A DNA stretch of 64,000 nt from Rhizobiales bacterium PAR1 (lineage in GTDB: Bacteria > Pseudomonadota > Alphaproteobacteria > Rhizobiales > Beijerinckiaceae): assembly GCA_002256205.1 (NCBI GenBank), contig NKIW01000011.1:10055-74054 (forward strand), given 5' to 3'. The notes beneath the pieces are model-generated. The model saw only the letters and a list, made by a program, of their open reading frames with translations. It made no database searches and was not told the DNA's origin. Position numbers and translations under genes: made by a program. Shown here in pieces: positions 1-9,224 of this stretch. Positions within the stretch are counted from its first letter, which is position 1, and the number at the start of each line of letters is the position of its first letter.

Positions 1-234
1 GCGCACGAGACGCCAGAGATAATTGCCAAGCTGGGCCATGACGGAGAGGTCAAGACCGTAAAAGCGGCGGAGATCGCGCGCGGTTGCGGCATCGCCGCCC
101 CCCATCTGCGCCATCATCGCATCAACGGTATCCCCCGGTGCGAACTGCAACAGCAGGAACACCCCGATCAGGATCAGGAACAGCGTGGGGATGGAGGCGA
201 CAAGACGCCGCCCCGCAAGCGCGAAAATACGCAT
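1..234 (-). CDS. ABC peptide/nickel transporter permease (DppB/OppB family), 5' part only; runs off the window edge
   Basis: Manual translation from ATG at 234 gives MRIFALAGRRLVASIPTLFLILIGVFLLLQFAPGDTVDAMM..., the typical DppB N-terminus (hydrophobic helix then PGD). It lies directly downstream of a family-5 SBP gene and is not in the ORF track. Confidence 0.9.
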   Translation of the reverse strand, partial: MRIFALAGRRLVASIPTLFLILIGVFLLLQFAPGDTVDAMMAQMGGGDAATARDLRRFYGLDLSVMAQLGNYLWRLVR

Positions 235-248
235 TCTAAAGTCCTCGC

Positions 249-274
249 GTGACGGCGCGAAACTGCGCCGTCAC
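249..274 (-). terminator. GC-rich intercistronic hairpin after the SBP gene
   Basis: GTGACGGCGC-gaaact-GCGCCGTCAC, a perfect 10-bp stem between the SBP stop and the permease start. Confidence 0.6.
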
Positions 275-299
275 AGGTATTGCACTCACTCGGATGCTC

Positions 300-1904
300 T
301 CATTTGGCCAACCACAAATCGTGCCAAGATGCAGAGCCCCAGCGCGGCGTGTTGGAGTGGTTGCGCGCCTTGGCATTGATCACGGTGAGGAAGATCTGCT
401 CAATCGGCGTCCAGATCGGCAATTCGGTGTTCGCGCGCCGCACGAAATCACCATAGAGCCCCTTGCGCTTGGCCGGGTCCACCTCGGTCGCGGCATCGTC
501 AATGATCTTGTCAATGGTCGGATCGGTCCAGTTCCATTGGTTGGTCCAGGGCGCGCCAGCCGGCTGGCCAGAGCGATACCACACGGTCGTCGAAACCGCC
601 GGATCGTTGCGATACTGGTGCCAACCCGACGCCAAATCGAAGGCATGATCGGCATAGACCTGCTTGAGGAAGCCGCCGCCGTCGTTTCGGACGATCTCAA
701 CCTTGATCCCCACCGCCGCCAGCGACTGCTGGATGAAGGTCGCGAACAGTGAAATATCCTCGCCCCACGGCGCCGGCAGAAGGCGGAGCGAGAAGCGCGT
801 GCCATCGGCACCGGGCTTGAAACCGGCCTCATCGAGCAGCTTGATCGCCGTCGCTTTGTCGAAGGGATACTGCGGGCCGTTGTCTGCGGGGTAGAAATCG
901 GTCGAGACCGAGGGAACCGGTCCGGTGCCGCGCTTGGCGAAGTCGCCGAGGAAGTTCTCGATGAAGAACGGGATATCAAGCGCATGGGCAATCGCGCGGC
1001 GCACGCGGATGTCCGCGAGTTCCTTGCGGCGGAAGTTGAACTCCACCGTATTCGTGCGGGCATTGCCCTCATTGCCCTTGGTGGAAACGATGAAGCGCGG
1101 GTCTTTGGCGAGGCGCGCCGAATCCGAAATCGTCAGGCCCGAGAACGGGCTGTAGTGGATCTGCCCGGCTTCCATCTGCGCCGCCGCCGCGGCGCGATCC
1201 GTCACCACGCGCCAGACGATACGATCGAGATACGGCAGGTTCGGACGCCAATAGTCCGCGTTCCGATCCGCGATAATGTGCTGGCCGCGCTCGTAGGAGA
1301 CGAACTTGAACGGGCCGGTGCCGACCGGCGCAAGGTTCACCTGGTTCTGGCGGATATCGCCCTTGCCCTCGTAGAGATGGCGCGGCGAGATGTAACCGAG
1401 GTCCGGCAGCGCGCGCAGCAGCAGGTTCAGCGGCATCGGGCGCTCGTAGCGGAATATCGCGGTATGCGCATCCGGGGTATCGACGGCGGTCAGGAAGAGC
1501 TGGAGCGTCGAGCCATAGTTGAGGATCTTCTTCCACATCTCCATGGCGGTGTATTGCACATCCGCCGAGGTGAAGGGTTTGCCGTCATGCCAGGTGACGC
1601 CCTTTCGCAATTTGAAGGTAATTGTCTTGCCATCCGCCGACGATTCCCAGCTCTCCGCGAGCACGCCGACCGGCTGGCCCTTGGCGTCGAGATCGACGAG
1701 CTGCTCCTGAATCTTGCCGCCGATGATGTAAACACCGGTCGAGGCCTGAAGGCTCGGGTTAAGCTGGCGCTGCTCGGCACCGTAATGCACGGTGAAAACG
1801 CCACCCTTTTGCGGTGTTTCCTGCGCAAAAGCGCGGAACGGGTTGATCACATTGGCGGCGATGGCGGCACTGGTCATCAGCGCGGCGCGACGGGTCATAT
1901 CCAT
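300..1904 (-). CDS. ABC transporter substrate-binding protein, family 5 (DppA-like), with twin-arginine-like signal
   Basis: 534 aa; N-terminal TRRAAL; LAESWESSADGKTITFKLRKGVTWHDGKPFTSADV is the family-5 signature; VGTGPFKF. Confidence 0.93.
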   Translation of the reverse strand: MDMTRRAALMTSAAIAANVINPFRAFAQETPQKGGVFTVHYGAEQRQLNPSLQASTGVYIIGGKIQEQLVDLDAKGQPVGVLAESWESSADGKTITFKLRKGVTWHDGKPFTSADVQYTAMEMWKKILNYGSTLQLFLTAVDTPDAHTAIFRYERPMPLNLLLRALPDLGYISPRHLYEGKGDIRQNQVNLAPVGTGPFKFVSYERGQHIIADRNADYWRPNLPYLDRIVWRVVTDRAAAAAQMEAGQIHYSPFSGLTISDSARLAKDPRFIVSTKGNEGNARTNTVEFNFRRKELADIRVRRAIAHALDIPFFIENFLGDFAKRGTGPVPSVSTDFYPADNGPQYPFDKATAIKLLDEAGFKPGADGTRFSLRLLPAPWGEDISLFATFIQQSLAAVGIKVEIVRNDGGGFLKQVYADHAFDLASGWHQYRNDPAVSTTVWYRSGQPAGAPWTNQWNWTDPTIDKIIDDAATEVDPAKRKGLYGDFVRRANTELPIWTPIEQIFLTVINAKARNHSNTPRWGSASWHDLWLAK

Positions 1905-1970
1905 GGGGTCGTCTCCTCGAAGGTCAAACAGGGTCGAAGGCCGTAAAACCGGGCGGAATAGATTGAAGGC

Positions 1971-2822
1971 TCAGCCCTTGGTGAAGCTTACGATGATGCC
2001 GTTGGCGGCATTCGCAGGCACGCTGACCACACCGTCATGCTGGACGGCGGGCGCGCCGATCGCCTTGGCCGCCGCGTCAACATCGGCGGTTCCCAGCACG
2101 ATCGCCGCCGCACCGCCCGGCGCCGCACCGGCACGCACCGCCTCGGGATAGCGCCGCGCGAAACCCGTCACGTCATAAAACAGGAAATCGGCGCGCTTAC
2201 CGCCCGAGGGCACGCGCCAGCCATCGCCTGACACTGAGGCCGGCTCGTCGATGAGGTGGCTCATATGTTCCGCCGCGGCTTTCGGATCTGCCGCGAGGAT
2301 TTCGACGCGCATGATCCGCTTCGCGCCATTGGCGTGGCGCTGCAATTCGGGAATCCAGACCGTCTCACGCGTCAGATGCTGACAGGCGAAAATCCGCATA
2401 CCGCCGGGATTTTCGTGCAAGGGCCACCGGAAAACGTTGAATTTCGCTTCCCCTACCGTGCCGTCTGGCAGCTCCACAGGACGGCCGAAATGCACCGGCC
2501 CGAGGGGCGAAAGCCCACGCGCTTTCAGCTCTTCCGCGCCTTCCGCAGCGCTATCGGTGGTAAAGGCGGCGCGTTCAAGCCCCTCGCGCTGGCTGAGAAA
2601 ATCGCGCGTCGGCTTGTTATGCTCGGTTTCCTGCAAGACGCCGATGAGCTCGAGGTAATCCTCGCCAAACATCATCGTGTAATTGCCAGTGCCGAGGAGC
2701 GCCGAATGCGTACCACGCGGCGACACCGTAAAGCCGCGCCCGGCCCATTGGCGCGCGGCGGCATCCAGATCACGCACCGTGACGACAACATGATCGAGGC
2801 CGAGAATATGGGAGAGCGACAT
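1971..2822 (-). CDS. VOC/glyoxalase-like family protein (Glyoxalase_3)
   Basis: Start re-called to ATG 2822 (MSLSHILGLDHVVVTVRDLD...GFTVSPRGTHS..GTGNYTMMFGEDYLELIG), a two-domain glyoxalase-like pattern. Confidence 0.85.
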   Translation of the reverse strand: MSLSHILGLDHVVVTVRDLDAAARQWAGRGFTVSPRGTHSALLGTGNYTMMFGEDYLELIGVLQETEHNKPTRDFLSQREGLERAAFTTDSAAEGAEELKARGLSPLGPVHFGRPVELPDGTVGEAKFNVFRWPLHENPGGMRIFACQHLTRETVWIPELQRHANGAKRIMRVEILAADPKAAAEHMSHLIDEPASVSGDGWRVPSGGKRADFLFYDVTGFARRYPEAVRAGAAPGGAAAIVLGTADVDAAAKAIGAPAVQHDGVVSVPANAANGIIVSFTKG

Positions 2823-3117
2823 AGAACATCCTTCCGACGCGGGCGCCTGCCGGGCGTCACGGTCACTGTTGACCACAGATAACGACCGAACGGATTTAAA
2901 TTCAATCCTTGGACGTAGCCGAGAGAAAATTAAACAGGTTCTCCATTGCGCTAGAGCCAGGTGTAGAAAAATTTTCTTCTCGCACCGGAATCGCCGGCAG
3001 AAATCCACGAAACGCCTTGAGGTGCCGAATAGCCTTGCGATCCCGGCGCGAGAGGACAAGGATAGCGGCAAAATCGGCTTCCCCGATCCAAACGACCATT
3101 TCACGAAAGAGTTCCCG

Positions 3118-4446
3118 ATGGCTCCGCTCCCCTCCGTTGTCTGGCCGCCCTCGCTCTGGGCCGCGACAGCCCCGCCCGGCCCGGCGCTGACCCCGCTTGC
3201 CGGCGATGTGACCACCGATGTCGTGATCATCGGCGCGGGCTTCACTGGGCTATCGACTGCGATTCATCTGCGGGAAAGCGGGGTGGAAACCCTCGTGCTG
3301 GAGGCGGCTGAGCCCGGATGGGGGGCTTCCGGTCGCAACAACGGGCAAGTGATCCCGACGCTCGCGGGGCATGATCCTTCGGCGATGACACAGCGCCATG
3401 GGGAAGCGGGTGAACGCTTCAACGCGCTTTTGCGCGACAGCGCGCAGTATCTTTTCGACCTCGTCCAGAAATACGATATCGCCGCCGAGGCCGAACAGGC
3501 GGGCTGGGTGCAGCCGGTCCATTCACCGGGCCGCTTCAAGCTCGCGGAAAAGCGCGTGCGAGAATGGTCTGCACTCGGCGCGCCGGTGGAGTTGCTGGAC
3601 CGTGACGCCATGGCCCGGATGCTTGGTTCAACAGCGTGGTTCGGCGGATTCTGGAACCGCACCGGTGGGCATATCAACCCGCTGGCGCTGGCGCGCGGTA
3701 TGGCGGATGTCGCGCTCAAACTCGGTGCGGTGATTCACTCCCGCTCACCCGCAGCCTCGATGCGTCATGAAAACGGGCGCTGGATCGTCAAAACGGCAAA
3801 CGGCAGTGTAACCGCCCGCGCCCTCATTCTCGCCACCAACGCTTATACCGGCGAGATCGAGAGCGATCTCGCGCCCGAGATCGCCAACGAAGTGATCCCG
3901 GTGCTCTCGTGGCAAATGGCGACGAAGCCAGTCAGCGACAACATCGCGAAAACCATCATCCCGGATCGGCAGGCCATGTCGGATACCCACCGCGAGCTCT
4001 ATTTCGCGCGCTGGGATGCTCGCAACCGCCTCGTCACGGGGGGTGCTGCGGTGTTCCCCGGCGAAGGTGGCTTCAACCTCCGTGCCGATGTCGGCGCAAG
4101 GCTCAAGCGGCTCTGGCCGCAGCTTGGCGAGGTAGAATTCGATTACGTCTGGTCCGGCTACATCGGCATGACGCCGGATAATCTCCTCAAGCCGCAAGTG
4201 CCGGGTTTCCCGCGCGTCCATCGCCTCGGCCCGGAGGCCTATGGCTGGGTGGGGTGCAACGGCCGCGCCGTCGCGCTGTCGATCTCGCTTGGGCGCGAGC
4301 TGGCGCTGGCAACACGCGGCGTCGCGGCGGAAACGCTGGCTTTGCCGTTTTCGGAGACCAAGACGCAGCCCTTCCGCAGCATCGTCCGGAAGATCGCGCC
4401 GCTCGCACTGCCGCTCTATCGGCAGCTCGATGCGCAGGAAATATGA
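3118..4446 (+). CDS. FAD-dependent oxidoreductase, DAO/PuuB family (amine or amino-acid oxidase-like)
   Basis: GAGFTGLS dinucleotide motif, GASGRNNG, ATNAYT, WSGYIG, GCNGRAV. Start re-called to ATG 3118. Confidence 0.88.
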   Translation: MAPLPSVVWPPSLWAATAPPGPALTPLAGDVTTDVVIIGAGFTGLSTAIHLRESGVETLVLEAAEPGWGASGRNNGQVIPTLAGHDPSAMTQRHGEAGERFNALLRDSAQYLFDLVQKYDIAAEAEQAGWVQPVHSPGRFKLAEKRVREWSALGAPVELLDRDAMARMLGSTAWFGGFWNRTGGHINPLALARGMADVALKLGAVIHSRSPAASMRHENGRWIVKTANGSVTARALILATNAYTGEIESDLAPEIANEVIPVLSWQMATKPVSDNIAKTIIPDRQAMSDTHRELYFARWDARNRLVTGGAAVFPGEGGFNLRADVGARLKRLWPQLGEVEFDYVWSGYIGMTPDNLLKPQVPGFPRVHRLGPEAYGWVGCNGRAVALSISLGRELALATRGVAAETLALPFSETKTQPFRSIVRKIAPLALPLYRQLDAQEI

Positions 4447-4455
4447 CGGGCGCGG

Positions 4456-5985
4456 CTACTCCCGTACGCCCGGTGCATAACCAAACCCGACGGCGGGTTC
4501 AGCCGCCGTCTCAACCCAGACGCTTTTAACCTGCGTGTATTCGTAAAGCGCCTCGACGCCGCTTGAGCGGCCATGACCCGAATGGTTGAAGCCGCCAAAG
4601 GGCGAAGCGACGTTGATCGTCTTGTACGAATTGATCCAGAAGGTCCCGGACTTCACCGCTGCCGCGACGCGATGCGCGCGCCCGACGTCCCGCGTCCAGA
4701 CTGCACCGGCGAGCCCGAAATCGCTGTCGTTGGCGATGGCAATCGCCTCGGCCTCGGTCTCGAAAGGAATGGCCACGACAACCGGTCCGAAGACCTCGCG
4801 CCGCGCGATCCCCATGGCATTAGTCACGCCTTTGAGCACGGTGGGGCGAACGAAATAGCCGCCTTCGGCTAGCTCTCCGGTCTCACCCGTAGCGATCACC
4901 GCCCCCTCTTCCGCGCCTTCCCGCACGAGCGCGAGAACATGGCTATACTGCTTGCGGTTGTTGATCGGCCCGACCTCGGTTTCGGCGAGCGCCGGATCGC
5001 CGACGCGGATTTTCGCGGCTCCTTTCGCAACAAGATCAACAAAGTGGTCATATATAGAGCGCTGGACAAGAAGCCGTGACCCCGCGACGCAGCTTTGCCC
5101 AGCGCCCGAAAAAATCGCGGACTGCGCACCAATCGCCGCGCGTTCAAGATCCGCATCCTCGAAGACGATATTGGCGGATTTGCCGCCGAGTTCGAGCACG
5201 CAGGGCAAGAGGCGTTTTGCCGCAGCCTCTGCGATCAGCCGGCCTGTCGGCACGGAGCCAACAAACACAACCTTTTTCACCGCGTGTTCGGCCAACGCCG
5301 CCTGCCCGGTCGAATGGCCGAAACCCGCAAGCACATTGATGACGCCCTTCGGCAGGCCCGCCTGCTCCGCAAGGAGCGCCAGCGCGAGCGAGGTCAGCGG
5401 CGTGAGTTCGGAGGGTTTCAGGATCACCGCATTGCCCATGGCGATCGCCGGCGCGATCTGCCAGCCTGCCGTGAAAATCGGCGCATTCCAGGGGGTGATC
5501 TGGAGCACGACGCCCATCGGCTCGCGGCGGGTGTAATTGAGGTGGCTGGAAGGAACCGGAATCACCTCGCCGTGGAATTTATCTGCCCAGCCCGCGTAAT
5601 ACTCGAACATCTCAGCGACCTTGGCGACCTCGACGCGGGTATCGCGGATCGGCTTGCCGGCGGAGAGCGATTCGAGCTTCGCCAGCGCTTCCGCCGAGGC
5701 GAGCACGGCCCGGGCAATTGCCTGCATGACACGACCCCGCGCCGCGGCGGTCAGTTTGGCCCATTCGGCTTGCCCGGCCTGCGCGGCCGCAACGGCTTTG
5801 GCGGCCACAGGGGCCCCGGCATCGGGATAAGCAAGCAACAGCTTTCCGGTGACGGGATCATCCACAGAAACGCGCGCGCCGGTTCCGGCGATCATCACAC
5901 CCCCGACGTGCGATCCCACCTCGGCGAGATCGGGCCAGAACGGATGGAGCGCCTCGGCAAGACGCGGATCAAGAAAAGAAGTCAT
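4456..5985 (-). CDS. Aldehyde dehydrogenase family protein
   Basis: ITPWNAP, LKPSELTP, catalytic Glu in LELGGKS, catalytic Cys in GQSCVAG, EVFGPV. Confidence 0.95.
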   Translation of the reverse strand: MTSFLDPRLAEALHPFWPDLAEVGSHVGGVMIAGTGARVSVDDPVTGKLLLAYPDAGAPVAAKAVAAAQAGQAEWAKLTAAARGRVMQAIARAVLASAEALAKLESLSAGKPIRDTRVEVAKVAEMFEYYAGWADKFHGEVIPVPSSHLNYTRREPMGVVLQITPWNAPIFTAGWQIAPAIAMGNAVILKPSELTPLTSLALALLAEQAGLPKGVINVLAGFGHSTGQAALAEHAVKKVVFVGSVPTGRLIAEAAAKRLLPCVLELGGKSANIVFEDADLERAAIGAQSAIFSGAGQSCVAGSRLLVQRSIYDHFVDLVAKGAAKIRVGDPALAETEVGPINNRKQYSHVLALVREGAEEGAVIATGETGELAEGGYFVRPTVLKGVTNAMGIARREVFGPVVVAIPFETEAEAIAIANDSDFGLAGAVWTRDVGRAHRVAAAVKSGTFWINSYKTINVASPFGGFNHSGHGRSSGVEALYEYTQVKSVWVETAAEPAVGFGYAPGVRE

Positions 5986-6000
5986 GGCAGATCCTGTGGC

Positions 6001-6882
6001 TCAACTTGTGGCAACCGGCCCGAGTTGAAGGGAGACGATGCGGTTGAAATCTTCCGTATCGGGGATGGTGGCTTCGCTTGTCGCCCAGAGGCGCGCGGTA
6101 TCCGCCGCAAGCGGGAGATCGAGCCCGAGTTCACCGACAAATTGCGCGGCGAGGCGCACATCCTTGCGCATCAGCTTCATCGTGAAGCCGGAATCAAAAG
6201 CACCGTTGAGCACCCAGGTCGGAAAATTTACCTGCGTCACGCCCGAACGCCCCGAGCCAGCGTTGAGCCCTTCAAGGAGGCGCTCGGCGTCCACCCCTGC
6301 CTCGCGCGCGATGCGGAGCGCCTCGGCGCCGGTCAGGAGATGTGCGGCACAGAGAAGATTATTGACGATTTTGGTCACGTGCCCCGCCCCGACAGGGCCG
6401 ATATGGACGCGCTTGGCGCTCATCGCTTCGAGCACCGGCATCGCACGGGCAACGTCGGCCTCCGTCCCGCCGATCACCATGGTCATGGTGCCGGTGATCG
6501 CGCCCTTTGGCCCGCCACTGACCGGAGCATCGACCATTGCCATGCCCGCTGCTTCAAGGCGCGCGGCGAGTTTGCGCGTAACTTCCGGGTGCGAGGTTGA
6601 GGTATCGACGATGAGCAGACCGGGCTTTGGATGGGCAAGAAGACCGCCCGGCCCTGTGATCACGGCCTCGACGATCTCGGCATTCGGCAGCGAGAGGATG
6701 ATGATCTCCGCTTCGCGGCAGAGCGGCGCCATATCCGGAAAGGTCTCGATCCCTTCGCCGGCGAGCGCGGCGCGCGTGGCTTCCACGGCGTCAAATCCAA
6801 GTACCCGATGCCCGCCGCGCGTGAGGCTGAGCGCCATGCCGCGCCCCATGTTGCCCAGACCGATAACCCCGACCGTCGCCAT
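6001..6882 (-). CDS. NAD(P)-dependent beta-hydroxyacid dehydrogenase (3-hydroxyisobutyrate/tartronate semialdehyde reductase family)
   Basis: Start at ATG 6882: MATVGVIGLGNMG; DAPVSGG; catalytic K in TKIVNN; KDVRLA. Confidence 0.92.
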   Translation of the reverse strand: MATVGVIGLGNMGRGMALSLTRGGHRVLGFDAVEATRAALAGEGIETFPDMAPLCREAEIIILSLPNAEIVEAVITGPGGLLAHPKPGLLIVDTSTSHPEVTRKLAARLEAAGMAMVDAPVSGGPKGAITGTMTMVIGGTEADVARAMPVLEAMSAKRVHIGPVGAGHVTKIVNNLLCAAHLLTGAEALRIAREAGVDAERLLEGLNAGSGRSGVTQVNFPTWVLNGAFDSGFTMKLMRKDVRLAAQFVGELGLDLPLAADTARLWATSEATIPDTEDFNRIVSLQLGPVATS

Positions 6883-6973
6883 ATCCTGCCTCTGGAATCC
6901 CACGTTTCTGATGACCAGCATACACGCCGGAAGAGGCACGCCAAGCGCACAATGAAAACTGGAATTCGTTTAT

Positions 6974-6992
6974 TGCAAATCGTTTCGTTGCA
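6974..6992. promoter_or_regulatory. Inverted repeat in a divergent promoter; candidate operator for the local IclR regulator
   Basis: TGCAA-atcgtttcg-TTGCA in an AT-rich spacer between divergent operons. Assignment to IclR is inference. Confidence 0.35.
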
Positions 6993-7078
6993 TCATAGAC
7001 TTTTGTCCATGGCCTTCTGGATGGGAACATTCCTTTCCTGAAAGGGCAATAAAAAACAAGATCTTAGGGAGGTAAACT

Positions 7079-8269
7079 ATGCGCAGGCATCTCGCGCGGG
7101 CCGTGCTCGCAGCGGCATCGATCACCGCGACCGCGCTGGCGGTTTCGGCTCAGGATATCAAGGTCGGCTTCAACGGCGACGTCTCGGCCTCCCCCTCAGC
7201 GCTCAGCGGCCAGGCTGGCGTGATCGGCATTCAGGCCGCGATCGACGATATCAACGCTGCCGGTGGTCTTCTCGGCCGCAAGGTCGTGCTGGTGGTGCGC
7301 GATGATCTCTCGCAGCCGCCGAAATCGATCCAGAACATGTCGGACCTGATCGACAACGAGAAGGTCGCGGCGGTGTTCGGGCCGACGAATTCGGGCAATG
7401 CGCTCGCCTGGAAGCATATCGCCAACCAGAAGCAGGTTCCGGTGCTCGGCATGATCGGCTCGGCGACGGACATCACCAAAGCGGCGCCGGGCGTGCCGAA
7501 CTATATGTTCCGCGTCTCGATGGTTGACCGCTCGCAGGTCGCGGGGCTGATGGCCTATGTGAAGGCGGGCGGGGCGGGCAAGAAGGTCGGCTACATGGCC
7601 GAAACTACCGGCTACGGTCAGGGCGGCCTCAAGGATATTCAGGAGATCGGCGCGTTGCACGGCATCAAGCCGGAAGCGGTCGAGGCTTTCGCGGTCGGCG
7701 ATACCGACATGACCTCGCAGCTCAACAAGATGAAAGCGGCGGGCGTCGATACGCTCGTCATCTGGGGTCAGGGCACGCCGCTCGGGCATATCCTGCGCTC
7801 GATGGAGAAGATCAACTATTTCCCGACCTACCTCACCTCCTGGGCGGCAGATAACAAGAGCTTCTTCGATGCCGCTGGACCGCAGCTCGCGGAAAAGCCG
7901 CTGTTCATGCGCACGATCACCGATAGCCGCACGCCCAAGCAGCAGCAGCTCTATGATCGCGTTTCTGCCAAGCTGCCGACGCCGAGCGCCTTCGGCTTCC
8001 TCGCGCATGGCTATGATTCGATGATGCTCCTTGGCGCGGCGATCAAGCAGGCGAAATCCACCGAAGGCCCGAAAGTGAAGGCCGCGCTCGAAGCGCTCGA
8101 AGGCAAGCACGAGGGCTTCATGAAGACCTATGAGAAGCCTTTCTCGGCCGAAAATCGCGAAGGCCTTGGTGCGGCTGACTACAAGTGGACGCGCTGGAAA
8201 GACGGCAAGCTGGTGATTGCCGAAGATGGCGTGATCTCCTCGCTCAAGCTCTCCGACTTCAAGATGTGA
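7079..8269 (+). CDS. Branched-chain amino acid-type ABC substrate-binding protein (LivK family)
   Basis: Signal peptide; INAAGGLLGRKVVLVVRDD; FGPTNSG; RBS GGAGG upstream. Confidence 0.92.
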   Translation: MRRHLARAVLAAASITATALAVSAQDIKVGFNGDVSASPSALSGQAGVIGIQAAIDDINAAGGLLGRKVVLVVRDDLSQPPKSIQNMSDLIDNEKVAAVFGPTNSGNALAWKHIANQKQVPVLGMIGSATDITKAAPGVPNYMFRVSMVDRSQVAGLMAYVKAGGAGKKVGYMAETTGYGQGGLKDIQEIGALHGIKPEAVEAFAVGDTDMTSQLNKMKAAGVDTLVIWGQGTPLGHILRSMEKINYFPTYLTSWAADNKSFFDAAGPQLAEKPLFMRTITDSRTPKQQQLYDRVSAKLPTPSAFGFLAHGYDSMMLLGAAIKQAKSTEGPKVKAALEALEGKHEGFMKTYEKPFSAENREGLGAADYKWTRWKDGKLVIAEDGVISSLKLSDFKM

Positions 8270-8280
8270 TGCCAGAGGCA

Positions 8281-8301
8281 GGGGTGGCTGCGCGCCACCC
8301 C
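8281..8301 (+). terminator. Intercistronic hairpin after the SBP gene
   Basis: GGGGTGGC-tgcgc-GCCACCCC. Confidence 0.55.
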
Positions 8302-8329
8302 TCCACGCGTCTGCCCGGAGTGTCATTTC

Positions 8330-9220
8330 ATGGAAGCCTATGTTCAGGCGCTTCTGAGCGGTCTGGCGGTCGGTGGGATTTATGCCCTGATCGCGCTCAG
8401 TTTCTCGATCACCTTCACCACGACGCGGACGCTGAACTTCGCGCAGGGCGAATTCGTGAGCTTCGGCGCCTTTGTCGGCGTCACCGCGCTCCTGGTGCTT
8501 ACGGGAACCGCGAGCCTCAGCCTCACCTATCCGTTTGCGCTCGTCGTGGCGGGCGTGGTTGCGGGCGTCGTCGGCATTCTGGTGTTCGTGCTTGCGGTGC
8601 GGCCCTTTGCAGGCAAACCCGGCATGTCGTGGGTGATGAGCACCATCGGCTTCGGGATCATTCTGCAAAGCGCGGGCCTCGCGCTCTGGGGACCGGCGCC
8701 GGCGAAGCTGCCCGGCCCATTCGGTGAGGGCATTATTCGCATCGCCGGTGCGGGCGTCCGGCCGCAGGAAGTGCTGATCCTTGTTGCGGCGATTGTCATT
8801 CTCTTCGGCTTCGAGGCGGTGATGCAGCATACCCGGCTCGGCAAGGCGACCCGGGCCGTTGCGCATTCGCCGGACGTCGCAAGCCTGATGGGTATCAACG
8901 TACCCGTCGTGATGATGGGCGCCTTTGCTGCGTCGAGCGCGCTGGCGGGCGTTTCCGGCGTCTTGATCGCGCCGATTTCCACCGCCTCGCTCTACATGGG
9001 TCTTGGCTTTGCGCTGAAAGCTTTTGCCGGCGCCATCATTGGCGGGCTCGATAACCCGCGCGGCTGCATCTATGGCGGCTTCATGCTGGGCGTCGTGGAA
9101 AGCTACGTCGGCCTCTGGCATTCGCAATGGCGCGAAATCGCGGTGTTCCTGCTGATCATCCTCGTGCTGGCGATACGCCCGAACGGGATTTTCGGTGCCC
9201 GCACCTTGCAGAAGGTCTGA
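8330..9220 (+). CDS. livH: LivH-family ABC permease
   Basis: GGIYALIALSFS, LNFAQGEF, TRLGKATRAVA, AIIGGLDNPRG, RPNGIFG. Confidence 0.92.
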   Translation: MEAYVQALLSGLAVGGIYALIALSFSITFTTTRTLNFAQGEFVSFGAFVGVTALLVLTGTASLSLTYPFALVVAGVVAGVVGILVFVLAVRPFAGKPGMSWVMSTIGFGIILQSAGLALWGPAPAKLPGPFGEGIIRIAGAGVRPQEVLILVAAIVILFGFEAVMQHTRLGKATRAVAHSPDVASLMGINVPVVMMGAFAASSALAGVSGVLIAPISTASLYMGLGFALKAFAGAIIGGLDNPRGCIYGGFMLGVVESYVGLWHSQWREIAVFLLIILVLAIRPNGIFGARTLQKV

Positions 9221-9224
9221 GCCG

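Noticed and set aside
2869-3245. N-terminal extensions in the ORF track (also 11490, 18887, 27092, 28310, 39778, 45871, 58705)
   Set aside because: They run through promoters or neighbouring genes; downstream starts fit family N-termini and RBS or overlap coupling.
5095-6600. Long antisense/alternate-frame ORFs (also 7196-9289, 21333-22922, 37832-39832, 45826-47439, 53976-56363 and many others)
   Set aside because: They lie opposite well-supported genes, are Arg/Ala/Gly-rich with no family motifs, and are the expected shadow ORFs of high-GC DNA.
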